Both the position numbers and the translations under genes were made by a program. Under the pieces are notes generated by a model. That model saw only the letters and a program-made list of their open reading frames with translations, did no database searches and had not been told where the DNA came from. 64,000 nucleotides of DNA from Planctomycetota bacterium (GTDB taxonomy: Bacteria; Planctomycetota; UBA8742; UBA2392): assembly GCA_020638675.1 (NCBI GenBank), contig JACKID010000001.1, positions 2,051,261-2,115,260 on the forward strand, in the 5' to 3' direction. Positions 37,969 to 46,823 of the stretch are shown piece after piece (positions within the stretch are counted from its first letter, which is position 1; each line of letters opens with the position of its first letter).

Positions 37969-38808
37969 TCAGGCCCTTGCCGCCAGCGCCTCTTTCATGC
38001 GCTCGAAGTCCTCGGGCGGGCAGCCGCGCTTGCCGAAGAACTTGCTGCGGGCGTGTTCCGGCCCGTGGAAGTCCGCGCCGCCGCTGACCAGCATGTCCAG
38101 CTTGCGCGCGATCGAAACGTAGTGCTGCGAGACGTCATGGTTGTGGTCGCTGTGGTGGCACTCAATGCCGTCCAGGCCCTCGCGACGCGCTTCAAACACC
38201 ACTTCGTCGCCGTTGCGGTACAGCCCCGGATGCGCAATCACCGCCACGCCGCCCGCCGACTGGATCGCGTCAATGGCAATCTCGATCCGGATCGTGGTGT
38301 GCGGCACAAAGCCCGGACAGCCCTTGCGCAGGTAGCGCGCAAACGCCTCCTGGTAGTTCGCCACCTTGCCCTGCTGCACCAGCAGGCGCGCCAGGTAAGG
38401 CCGGGCCAGCGACACGCCGTCTTCCACACCTTCGGTGCTCAGCGGCACCCCGTGGGCCCGCAGGCGCTCAACCATCTCGAAGAAGCGCTTGCGCCTGCGC
38501 TCCTGCACATCGCCGCACAGGCGCTGCAGTGTTCGGCTGGTGCGATCGATTCCCAGCCCGAGCAGGTGGACTTCCGTGCCCGCACACTCACACGTGATTT
38601 CCACACCGGGCACAAACTCGACGCCATGTTCGCGCGCTGCGGCCTCGGCTTCATCCAGACCGGCGGTTGTGTCATGGTCGGTGAGTGCCAGCGTGTGTAC
38701 GCCGCGGCTCGCGGCCTCTTCAAACAGGCGTGCGGGCGCGAATGCGCCGTCCGAGCAGGTGGAGTGGCTGTGGAGGTCGATCAGGGGTGAATGCGGGCTG
38801 TCGTTCAT
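37969..38808 (-). CDS. PHP-domain phosphoesterase (TrpH/YciV-like)
   Basis: Start at the internal Met (MNDSPHSPLIDLHSHSTCSDG) of ORF 37969..39393; PHP metal-binding His motifs (HSHS, DHD, HP). Confidence 0.75.
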   Translation of the reverse strand: MNDSPHSPLIDLHSHSTCSDGAFAPARLFEEAASRGVHTLALTDHDTTAGLDEAEAAAREHGVEFVPGVEITCECAGTEVHLLGLGIDRTSRTLQRLCGDVQERRRKRFFEMVERLRAHGVPLSTEGVEDGVSLARPYLARLLVQQGKVANYQEAFARYLRKGCPGFVPHTTIRIEIAIDAIQSAGGVAVIAHPGLYRNGDEVVFEARREGLDGIECHHSDHNHDVSQHYVSIARKLDMLVSGGADFHGPEHARSKFFGKRGCPPEDFERMKEALAARA

Positions 38809-38856
38809 CGTTATCCAGAAGGTAGAGTCCGCACGGACTTCCGGAAAGGGGGCAAG

Positions 38857-39237
38857 GTGAAACAACTTGCACTGGTATGCCTCGGCGGAGCGCTCGGGGC
38901 ATCGATGCGCTGGGGCATCGCGATGGGGCTGCAGTGGAAATGGCCCAAGTTCGCGGAGACGTTCCCGTACGCAACTCTCATCGCAAATTTCATCGGCTGC
39001 TTCGCTATCGGTCTCGGCGTCGGCCTGCTCGGGCGCGAGGGAGTAAAGTGGGGGGCCGAGCTGCAACTGCTGCTGCTGGTGGGCGTCTGCGGCAGCCTGA
39101 CCACCTTCAGCACCTTCGCCAACCAGACACTCGACCTCGCCCCCGGCAAGGCGCTGCTGAACATCGGCATCAGCGTCGCCGGCGGGCTGTTCCTGGCCTG
39201 GCTCGGCCTGACACTTACCGGAGCCCGGCCTGCATAG
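38857..39237 (+). CDS. crcB: Fluoride ion channel CrcB (FluC)
   Basis: 126 aa from GTG 38857 (alternative ATG at 38791 overlaps the PHP gene start); CrcB motifs (GGALGASMRW, ANFIGCFAIG, GVCGSLTTFSTFA). Confidence 0.75.
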   Translation: MKQLALVCLGGALGASMRWGIAMGLQWKWPKFAETFPYATLIANFIGCFAIGLGVGLLGREGVKWGAELQLLLLVGVCGSLTTFSTFANQTLDLAPGKALLNIGISVAGGLFLAWLGLTLTGARPA

Positions 39238-39456
39238 CCCCGCGCCCGTTAAGCGGGGGTGACATTCGGGGCATCGGGACGCGGGCGTGCGGCCCCGCCA
39301 AACCACATCGCGCGACCAGTCCGACGAAGCTTCAGCGAAGGCGGAAGACGCGGCAAACAGCCAAAGCAACCATAGGTAAACACCGGTGAACAAGTGAATG
39401 GATGTTCACCGATGGTTGCGTTGGCCGTTGCACTACTTCGCTTCAAGCGGAGCCAA

Positions 39457-39531
39457 GGGGACTATCCCGGAAGTTCGGGACTGTCCCCGTTCTCAAAAGC
39501 TCTAAGTCAAACGACTACGGGGACCGTCCCG
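39457..39531. promoter_or_regulatory. Array of three GGGAC-N(1-2)-GTCCC palindromes (operator-like) in a convergent intergenic region
   Basis: ggggactatcccgg (39457-39470), cgggactgtccccg (39476-39489) and cggggaccgtcccg (39518-39531). Two are perfect 5+1+5 palindromes; centre-to-centre spacings are ~19 and ~42 bp. Confidence 0.4.
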
Positions 39532-39550
39532 TACCGGTGAAGTCCCCTTG

Positions 39551-40018
39551 CTACGCCGCGGCCGACTCGACCGGCGGAGAGGCCTCCATCCTCTCCTGTT
39601 TCCAGTCGTTGAGCGCGTCCATGGCTTCAGCCAGGAAGGCGTCGAGCTGTTCCGCCTGCTTCAGCGACGGCTCGTTGACCGCCTTCGCCGGCGCGCTGTC
39701 GAACGGCTCGGAGATCAGGCCGCGCTCGAGCAGCACTTCCTCAATGCACGTTTGCATCAGCTCGACCTTGCGTTGCTGCTGGCGCTCGAGGTCTTTCTGC
39801 GCGCGCAGCCCGACGCTGGGGGCGATGCGCCAGCGGTACGGCTTGTCGAACGGCAAAGTCGCGACGTGGTCCAGCTCGCGCTCGTGCTCGGCCAGCACCT
39901 TGCGGTCGCGGGCGATGGCGCGGTCAATGTCCTCGCCGCCCAGGTTCAGGTAAAGCTCATTGAGTTCCCGGCGGATCGCATCCTGCTCTTCGGCCGGAAG
40001 TTTCGAAGGATCAAACAT
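39551..40018 (-). CDS. Hypothetical protein (coiled-coil, charged)
   Basis: ORF 39551..40057 taken from internal Met14 (MFDPSKLPAEEQ...); no domain; weak support. Confidence 0.4.
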   Translation of the reverse strand: MFDPSKLPAEEQDAIRRELNELYLNLGGEDIDRAIARDRKVLAEHERELDHVATLPFDKPYRWRIAPSVGLRAQKDLERQQQRKVELMQTCIEEVLLERGLISEPFDSAPAKAVNEPSLKQAEQLDAFLAEAMDALNDWKQERMEASPPVESAAA

Positions 40019-40250
40019 GTCGTGTCTCCGTGTGTGGTTGCTGAAACAAGTATCCACACCGGTGCGACATTCTAGGCCGATTTAAGGCCAACCCGGATGC
40101 CAACCAACGCCCACAGAGCCTTATTTAGAGGGCTTCACGGGCGCCACAAAGGTTTTTTCGGGCTATTTTCGGGCAGCCAAAAAGGGGCTCGTCCGCGTAG
40201 CGCACATTCCGTCATCTCCCAATCAGCTGCTACTGACCCGCCGGTTGGGC

Positions 40251-41234
40251 CTAAGGCTTAGACTTGATAATCCAGTTAACCGATACGTTTGTCGGTCGAG
40301 TCTCAGCATCCCCACCCTTGCCGATGATGTGTGAATGTGCTCCTGCCGTTTCGGTAACCACTGACTCGTTGCTAGGGTAGCCATACTCTCGATCAATGGA
40401 AATTCGAGAGACAGAACCTAGGTTGATGTTTTCTCCGACCAACTTTCTGCTTGTGTAGTTCGACCAGAATATTGCGGTCTCCAAGACTAGTGAGTTACTG
40501 GAGCCCCTTGGCAAGTCTTCTGACCTCACGAACGGCTCGTCCCGCGGGGAAAACAGCGAGTGGTTGTGTGCTCCACCTTCGTTAGTTTCAAACTTCTTGA
40601 GGGGCATCGCCGTACTACCCCTTTGACGGCTACCTACTACATCTCCAACCTGAGCCCCCGAGCCGCTGGTCCTTTTCGCAGCCTCTAAATCAATACCCGC
40701 ACCGCTATCTACACCACGCAAAAACTGGCCGCGAAGATCGGGAATGTTGAACATTGCTGTGTTACCAGCACCATTGCCATGGGTGACGCCGATGGCGGCG
40801 TATAGCTCTGCGTACTCATCCATGCGGATCGCGCGCCCGTCACAAAGCAGCCAGCCAGTGGGTATGTTATTGGCTGGTCCAGAAAATGCCGTCACAGCGC
40901 CAACGGGGACGCCGGTGAGCTCCTGCGCCAGAGCCTTCCTGGCCAGCTCGTCCTCGCTAATGGCCCGCCCAATGGACTTAGCGGTCAGATCCTCTCGCGC
41001 CGACTTCATCTCCTTGTCATAGCGGTCAAGAACTTCTTGCTTTTGCATTGCGAGATCCAGCTCCAGCCCTGCCTTTATGCTGCTGTAGCCCGACCAGCCC
41101 GCGAGACCAAGCGCGGTTAGAAAAACTCCGAAGTAGATCATCGCACGATTTATCCATGCGTGGCACGCATCTCGGACCGCCAATAACTGCGAGGCGGATA
41201 ACTCCTCACCCTTCTTTTCGATCTTCTCAGTCAT
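40251..41234 (-). CDS. Membrane-anchored phage tail collar domain protein (MdpB/microcystin-dependent-protein-like)
   Basis: 327 aa; N-terminal TM helix (MIYFGVFLTALGLAGW) and coiled coil, then Phage_Collar signature (IPTGWLLCDGRAIRMDEYAELYAAIGVTHGNGAGNTAMFNIPDLRGQFLRG), GGAHNHSL / AGAHSHII repeats and a tail-fibre-like C-terminus (PTNVSVNWII). Local GC content is visibly lower than the surroundings. Confidence 0.75.
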   Translation of the reverse strand: MTEKIEKKGEELSASQLLAVRDACHAWINRAMIYFGVFLTALGLAGWSGYSSIKAGLELDLAMQKQEVLDRYDKEMKSAREDLTAKSIGRAISEDELARKALAQELTGVPVGAVTAFSGPANNIPTGWLLCDGRAIRMDEYAELYAAIGVTHGNGAGNTAMFNIPDLRGQFLRGVDSGAGIDLEAAKRTSGSGAQVGDVVGSRQRGSTAMPLKKFETNEGGAHNHSLFSPRDEPFVRSEDLPRGSSNSLVLETAIFWSNYTSRKLVGENINLGSVSRISIDREYGYPSNESVVTETAGAHSHIIGKGGDAETRPTNVSVNWIIKSKP

Positions 41235-41258
41235 CTACGTTCTAGCCTCCCTTTGCGC

Positions 41259-41765
41259 TCAGTCGTCTTCCCAAAGCCAGGCGAGCCGTGCGCGGTCAGT
41301 TGTGGTAACCCGATTCCAGCCCGTCTCATCTCTTAGTTCGTTCCAAAGTTCGATGAGTTCGTCTCTCGCTGAGATGCACTCTTGAAGAGCGATCTGATGA
41401 TCCGCGTGGCCAATAATGCCGGAAGTCAGGCGCAACCGATTGACCTCAATGTCGTTCTCGAGTTGAGCGAGCTTTTGGCAAAACGGGATCCAGCTCTTGG
41501 TCGGCCAGACGTCCTTCTGTACGTCCGGGCGATTGAGGTTCATGCCAATGCGGTGTCGGTATCTTGCATACTTGCTGACATCCTGTTGAAGTTCGTCCCA
41601 CGCGAGAACATCCTTTGCGAACTCGTTGGACTCTCGTTGATCAAGGAACGTGAAACCGGTGAGAACGGCGCTGGCCACCGAAATCACGATAGCGATGGCC
41701 GCCATCCATCGCTCTATCGACCAACCTGAGTTCTTCTTTTCACTCATGCGATGATTGTAGCCCAT
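41259..41765 (-). CDS. Hypothetical membrane-anchored protein (partner of the tail-collar protein)
   Basis: 168 aa; one TM helix (WMAAIAIVISVASAVLTGF); same strand, 24-nt gap to the tail-collar gene; low-GC region. Confidence 0.45.
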   Translation of the reverse strand: MGYNHRMSEKKNSGWSIERWMAAIAIVISVASAVLTGFTFLDQRESNEFAKDVLAWDELQQDVSKYARYRHRIGMNLNRPDVQKDVWPTKSWIPFCQKLAQLENDIEVNRLRLTSGIIGHADHQIALQECISARDELIELWNELRDETGWNRVTTTDRARLAWLWEDD

Positions 41766-42073
41766 ATAGGGTATGTGCGACGATTACAATCGGAAGCAAC
41801 GCTGGTAGCACGCCAGAATCGAACTCGCACCAAGGAAGCGCTCGTGATGGGATGATGCCCCTTGTTGCTCACGATGGGGCCCCCAAGCCAAGACCCGGGG
41901 CTCCAGTGGGCTATTATCTACCGCCCCTGCCTTGCCGTCGGTTGCGCCGGTCATATACTTCCCGCCCCTTCGGTGACGTGTTTCCGGGTGTGTGCCTGGG
42001 CGTTGCTGGAGACACATCAGAGCCCGGCCGTGCGTGGCTTGCCGCGTCCGAAGTCGGGATCAGGAACCCTTAC

Positions 42074-43777
42074 ATGTCATCATTGCGTGCCATCAATCCG
42101 CTCATCCGTCGCTACGGACCGAAGTCAGAAGTCGTCGAAGCGGAACTCGATTCAATCTGGAAAGAACCGTCGCTTGAGGACATGGTCCCGAGCGCACGCC
42201 ACTTCAGCGAAGACTCGCTGGTCAAGGGCCGTGTCATCACCGCCGAAAAGGACCGCGTCATCGTCGACATCGGCGCCAAGACCGTCGGCATCATCGACGC
42301 ACGCGAGTTCTCGGCCGACGAGGACAAGCCAAAGGTCGGCGACGAAATCACCGTCCTGATCGAAGAGCTTGAGAACGATGACGGCCTCATCGGGCTGTCG
42401 AAGCGCAAGGCCGACCGCAAGATCAACTGGGAAACCGTCGTCGCCAAGCACAAGGAAGGCGACACCGTCCGCGGCAAGGTCACCAAGAAGATCAAGGGCG
42501 GCCTGCTGATCGACATCGGCGTGCCCGCGTTCCTGCCGGCCAGCCAGGTCAGCATTCGCCGCACCCGCGACATCAACGAGTTCATCGGCGACGAGCTGGA
42601 ATGCGAGATCATCAAGATCGACCAGGCCCGCGAGAACATCGTCGTCAGCGCCCGCAAGCTGCAGGAGCGCAACCGCGAACGCCTCAAGGACGCGCTGCTC
42701 AGCGAAATCGAGGAAGGCCAGCTGCGCGAGGGCGTGGTCAAGAACATCGCCGACTTCGGCGCGTTCGTTGACCTCGGCGGCATCGACGGCTTGCTGCACA
42801 TCACCGACATGACCTGGGGCCGCATCCAGCACCCGAGCGAAGTGGTCAAGATCAACGAGACGGTCAAGGTGAAGGTGCTCAAGGTCGACCGCGACCGCGA
42901 GCGCATCGCGCTGGGCATGAAGCAGCTTCACGACAGCCCGTGGAAGGGCATCGCCGAGCGCTACCCGGTCGGCTCACGCCACCAGGGCAAGGTTGTCAAC
43001 ATCATGTCCTACGGCGCTTTCATTCGCCTCGAGGAGGGCATCGAAGGCCTGGTCCACGTCAGCGAAATGAGCTGGACCAAGCGCGTCAACGACCCGCGCG
43101 AAGTCGTGCAGCTTGGCGACGACGCGGAAGTCATCATCCTAGGCGTGAACGAGGAAAAGCAGGAAATCAGCCTCGGTATGAAGCAGCTTGAGGACAACCC
43201 GTGGGACAAGGTCAGCGCCAAGTACCAGCCGGGCGCCAAGGTCAAGGGCGTCGTGCGCAACCTGACCACCTACGGCGCGTTCATTGAGATCGAGCCGGGC
43301 ATCGACGGGCTGCTGCACGTCAGCGACATGAGCTGGACCCGCAAGGTCAGCCACCCGAACGAGATGGTCAAGAAGGGTGACGAAGTCGAGTGCGTGGTGC
43401 TGGCGGTCGACACCGACAAGCACCGCATCGCGCTGGGCATGAAGCAGCTCAAGACCGACCCGTGGGAAGACGAGATTCCGGAGCGTTTCTCGGTCGGCAC
43501 CGAAATGGAAGGCACGATCACCAAGATCACCAACTTCGGCGTGTTCGTAGAGCTGGACAACGAACTCGAAGGCCTGCTGCACATCAGCGAGCTCGCGGCC
43601 GAGGGCGGCGACAAGCCGGAAGAAGTCGTGAAGGTCGGCGAGAAGATCAAGGTCAAGGTGATCAAGCTCGACCCGAAGGAGCGCAAGATCGGGCTTACGG
43701 CGTCTGATTTCGAGGGCAGCGAAGGCGAAGTCGGCGGCACGACCCCGGCCGACGATTCCGACGCAAGCGCCGAATAG
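42074..43777 (+). CDS. rpsA: 30S ribosomal protein S1 (six S1 domains)
   Basis: 567 aa from ATG 42074 inside ORF 41852..43777; repeated S1-domain motifs (G.V..I...G.F..L..G..GL.H.S...W). Confidence 0.9.
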   Translation: MSSLRAINPLIRRYGPKSEVVEAELDSIWKEPSLEDMVPSARHFSEDSLVKGRVITAEKDRVIVDIGAKTVGIIDAREFSADEDKPKVGDEITVLIEELENDDGLIGLSKRKADRKINWETVVAKHKEGDTVRGKVTKKIKGGLLIDIGVPAFLPASQVSIRRTRDINEFIGDELECEIIKIDQARENIVVSARKLQERNRERLKDALLSEIEEGQLREGVVKNIADFGAFVDLGGIDGLLHITDMTWGRIQHPSEVVKINETVKVKVLKVDRDRERIALGMKQLHDSPWKGIAERYPVGSRHQGKVVNIMSYGAFIRLEEGIEGLVHVSEMSWTKRVNDPREVVQLGDDAEVIILGVNEEKQEISLGMKQLEDNPWDKVSAKYQPGAKVKGVVRNLTTYGAFIEIEPGIDGLLHVSDMSWTRKVSHPNEMVKKGDEVECVVLAVDTDKHRIALGMKQLKTDPWEDEIPERFSVGTEMEGTITKITNFGVFVELDNELEGLLHISELAAEGGDKPEEVVKVGEKIKVKVIKLDPKERKIGLTASDFEGSEGEVGGTTPADDSDASAE

Positions 43778-43800
43778 CATTGGCCATACGCCATATCGCG

Positions 43801-43834
43801 ACGCCCGGGGAAACCCGGGCGTCGTTTTATTTGC
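43801..43834 (+). terminator. Rho-independent terminator after rpsA
   Basis: Hairpin acgcccggggaaacccgggcgt followed by cgttttatttg. Confidence 0.7.
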
Positions 43835-43981
43835 CCTATTTGGCGTTTTTGAGCACAATCGGTAAGCCCAACGGCATTTTTGCCACAGACAGTACGGGGC
43901 CATTGGCGTGGAATTGCTGTGTGATTCCACACCTGCGTCGCCTCTGGCGACCGTACTCAGCCAGAGACGAGGATCGCCGCC

Positions 43982-45289
43982 ATGCAGCTACTTCGACCGG
44001 CCACACTTCTGCTGATTGCGTTGTTGTCCGCGCCTGCGTGGGCCGCGCTGGTTGAGTCCCAATTCCCCGGCAAGACGGAAGACGCAGTGGCGGCCGAGTT
44101 CGAGGCCGGCTTGCCCGCATGGCTTCAGGCGCGCCTCAAAGAACCGGCCAAGCCGCAGATGTACACGCTCGACGGCAAGACCGAGGTGTTCGTTGAATTG
44201 ACGGCAATCGACGGCTCCAACACCACCTGGATGACGCTGGTTCGTGTGGGCTGGATAGCCGAGACGAATCGCTACGGTTGGGGCCCCTACGGCAAGGAGT
44301 ACAAACTCGCGTTGGCGGACATTCCGGCACGCGAAGTCGCCGGCTGGTTCGTGCCTAAATTCCGCACGCCACAGGAGATTGTCGCGCTCGCGTGCTGGCT
44401 GGCGTCGAAGGGCGAGCAGCTTGAAGCGAACGCAAAGTTGGCGGGTCTGGCAGCCGTCAAGGAAGACCTGAAGAAGGACGCAGAGGCCTGGGTCGCCGCA
44501 AAGAACGGCTGGACCGTCCCGGCGGACGGGCTGATGATCGTCGAGACCCACGACCTTGAGCGCAACGAAGACGGCATGCTGTTCCAGACCAAAGCCGCGA
44601 ACGCGGAACGGCTCAAGGAACTCGACAAGGAAGCAAAGAAAGCCTTCAAGGAACTCGAGAAGCTGCAGGGTCTGGACGTAAAGAGCAAGCCGGGCTACCG
44701 CAAGAATTCGCCGGGAATGCGGCTCGTGATCCTGCAGGATTACGTCGATCGCTTCGAGCGCCGCTATGCCGGAACAAGTTTCATGGAAAAGAAGGGCACC
44801 AAGGAAGACCTCGACGATATCCGCGCGGCGATCAAAGCCGACCTCGAATACGTCGAGACCGAGAAATACAAGGCCGAGCGTTCCGGCATCGACGGGGACT
44901 GGCACGCCGCCGCCGAAGCCTACGACGTGATTCTGCGCGTCGACCCTTTGAATCCTGACCTAGTACTCGCGACGGCCGAGGCGTTCAGCAAAGCAGCCAA
45001 GATCACCAACGGCGCACGCAATGCCGAAGACCCGGCGTCGGCGAAACGCGCAGCGTTGTTGTATGAGCGATTGCTGGAGATCTACCCGAAGGCACTGGGT
45101 TTTCATAACCATGCGGGCGTAAACTGGCTGGCCGCCGCCAGCGACAGCAAGGTGGCTTCCGATGGCAAGAAACGGGCGAAGGAACACCATGAGGAGGTGA
45201 TCCGCCGCACGGACAACCGCAGCGACCTGTCAGAGAGTGAAAAGAGCAATCGTGAATACGCCGAAGGCCAACTGAAGCTGATCAAGTGA
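43982..45289 (+). CDS. Secreted hypothetical protein, paralog 1 of a tandem family (N-terminal conserved domain, K/E-rich coiled coil, TPR-like C-terminus)
   Basis: 435 aa; signal peptide LLIALLSAPAWA; shares architecture and motifs (IVALACWLASKGEQLEAN...) with the next two genes. Confidence 0.6.
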   Translation: MQLLRPATLLLIALLSAPAWAALVESQFPGKTEDAVAAEFEAGLPAWLQARLKEPAKPQMYTLDGKTEVFVELTAIDGSNTTWMTLVRVGWIAETNRYGWGPYGKEYKLALADIPAREVAGWFVPKFRTPQEIVALACWLASKGEQLEANAKLAGLAAVKEDLKKDAEAWVAAKNGWTVPADGLMIVETHDLERNEDGMLFQTKAANAERLKELDKEAKKAFKELEKLQGLDVKSKPGYRKNSPGMRLVILQDYVDRFERRYAGTSFMEKKGTKEDLDDIRAAIKADLEYVETEKYKAERSGIDGDWHAAAEAYDVILRVDPLNPDLVLATAEAFSKAAKITNGARNAEDPASAKRAALLYERLLEIYPKALGFHNHAGVNWLAAASDSKVASDGKKRAKEHHEEVIRRTDNRSDLSESEKSNREYAEGQLKLIK

Positions 45290-45360
45290 GGAAGCAGCTT
45301 CGGTTGCGGCAAACAACCTGTTTGTTACCTTTGACAATCAGGGACTGAGGAGGAGAGGAA

Positions 45361-46704
45361 ATGAGGAGCATCAACACAGCCCTGCTCGCGGCATTGGTTT
45401 GCGCCGGCTTTGCGGGCACTTTGCTGGCCGACCCCAGCGAAGACCTGTTCAGCAAAACCCACAAAGGCGCCAAGGAAGCCAAGGTCGCCTCTGACTGGTA
45501 TGACGCGCTGCCGGCGTGGGTGAACTCGCTGACGAGCAAAAACAACTTCCCGGTAACGCACCTGCCCTACGAGATCGTGAAGGGCAAGCTGAAGAACTCA
45601 AAGGTAGTGAACAAGTTCGAAATCCGCGACGCCAACGCCAAGCAGTTCAGCGCCTATCTCATGGTGCTCAACGGGACAGACGCCAACGGTCTGCCGGTCT
45701 ACGAAAAGACTAACGACTACGGCTGGCTTGCCTGGAAGGGCTGGCCCGCCAAGTACATCGTCGAGACCTATCCCGTCGAGGCCAACACTGACACGGCGAC
45801 CCTCGTGGCATTTGGCGCCTGGCTGTACGGCGAGAAGGAAAACGAGCTCGCCAACCGGGTGCTTACGGTCGCGCATGAGAAGGACAAGGAGCTCGCCCCG
45901 CTGATCGAGGCCTACATCTGCGACAAAGAGAAGTGGGAACTCCCGGCGACCGGCATGCAGCTCTGGAACGCGTGGGACGCGGAATACCAGAAAGAACGCG
46001 CGATTCTCGTAACTCCCGAAGAGCACGAGAAGCGCCTCAAGGAGCGCGAGAAGTCGGCTGAATCCGAATTCAAAGCCATCGTCGACGCGCGCGGCGACTA
46101 CAAGGGACGCCCGCCCCGCCGCAAGGTTCCGACCAAGCAACTGGTCCTGCTGCAGTGGGAGATCAAGCAGTACAAGATCGCCTACGCCTCGGCCGACTTC
46201 TTCAAGGACAGCAAGGTCACGGACAAGCTGCAGGAGATCACAGACTCAATCACCGACGACCTCGCGCTGATCAAGGACAACATGGAAGTCGCCCGCAACA
46301 TGGGCGCAGACGGTGATGCCAACGAGCTCAAGAAGAAGGCCGAGTTCCTGGAAGAAGTCCTGAAGATCGACCCGGAAGACCTGAATCTGCGCAGCCAGGT
46401 CGGCAACGCGTGGTACATCTGGGGCAACCCGGCGCCGCACGGCAACAGCTGCGACCGTGCAGACGGCATGAAGAAGGCCATCCCGCACTACGAAATCATC
46501 ATCAAGGCTTACCCGAGTAACACGTCGTTCCTGCTGGCTCTCGGGCGCTGCTACCAGGCGCTGGAAGACAGCAAGCACGCACGCGTCTACTACGAGAAGG
46601 TGATCGAGATCGACGGCACCAAGGGCAACGCGGTGACCGCCAAGGCCCTGATCCGAAACATGGACATGGCCGACCAGACACGCGCCAAGAACGGCGGAAA
46701 GTAG
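45361..46704 (+). CDS. Secreted hypothetical protein, paralog 2 of the tandem family
   Basis: 447 aa; signal peptide; ETYPVEANTDTATLVAFGAWLYGEKENELANRVLTV aligns with paralog 3 (TTYPVATNPDTQDVIAFAVWLYLNADDPMIANRVLTV). Confidence 0.6.
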   Translation: MRSINTALLAALVCAGFAGTLLADPSEDLFSKTHKGAKEAKVASDWYDALPAWVNSLTSKNNFPVTHLPYEIVKGKLKNSKVVNKFEIRDANAKQFSAYLMVLNGTDANGLPVYEKTNDYGWLAWKGWPAKYIVETYPVEANTDTATLVAFGAWLYGEKENELANRVLTVAHEKDKELAPLIEAYICDKEKWELPATGMQLWNAWDAEYQKERAILVTPEEHEKRLKEREKSAESEFKAIVDARGDYKGRPPRRKVPTKQLVLLQWEIKQYKIAYASADFFKDSKVTDKLQEITDSITDDLALIKDNMEVARNMGADGDANELKKKAEFLEEVLKIDPEDLNLRSQVGNAWYIWGNPAPHGNSCDRADGMKKAIPHYEIIIKAYPSNTSFLLALGRCYQALEDSKHARVYYEKVIEIDGTKGNAVTAKALIRNMDMADQTRAKNGGK

Positions 46705-46712
46705 ACTGCAAC

Positions 46713-46745
46713 GGGGCCCGGGAAGCCGGGCCCCGACTGTTTTCT
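46713..46745 (+). terminator. Rho-independent terminator after paralog 2
   Basis: Hairpin ggggcccgggaagccgggcccc followed by gactgttttctg. Confidence 0.6.
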
Positions 46746-46823
46746 GAAATAGTGCGTAGCGCAAAGCAACCAAGCGTCACTTATCTGCAGCGCCCCCTCG
46801 GCCGACCCCTTCGCGGCTGAACC

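Noticed and set aside
37969-38808. PHP-domain protein as the missing histidinol-phosphate phosphatase (HisK-type) for the IGPD-only hisB
   Set aside because: Tempting because hisB lacks the phosphatase domain. However, the N-terminus (IDLHSHSTCSDG...) looks more like the TrpH/YciV PHP family than HisK, and the gene is 15 kb from the his operon; not assignable from sequence alone.
38791-38860. Fluoride riboswitch (crcB motif) upstream of crcB
   Set aside because: Looked for the conserved riboswitch core upstream of crcB. The upstream sequence is the coding start of the PHP gene on the other strand and shows no recognisable crcB-motif helices. crcB here appears to lack a riboswitch or is driven from within or upstream of the PHP gene.
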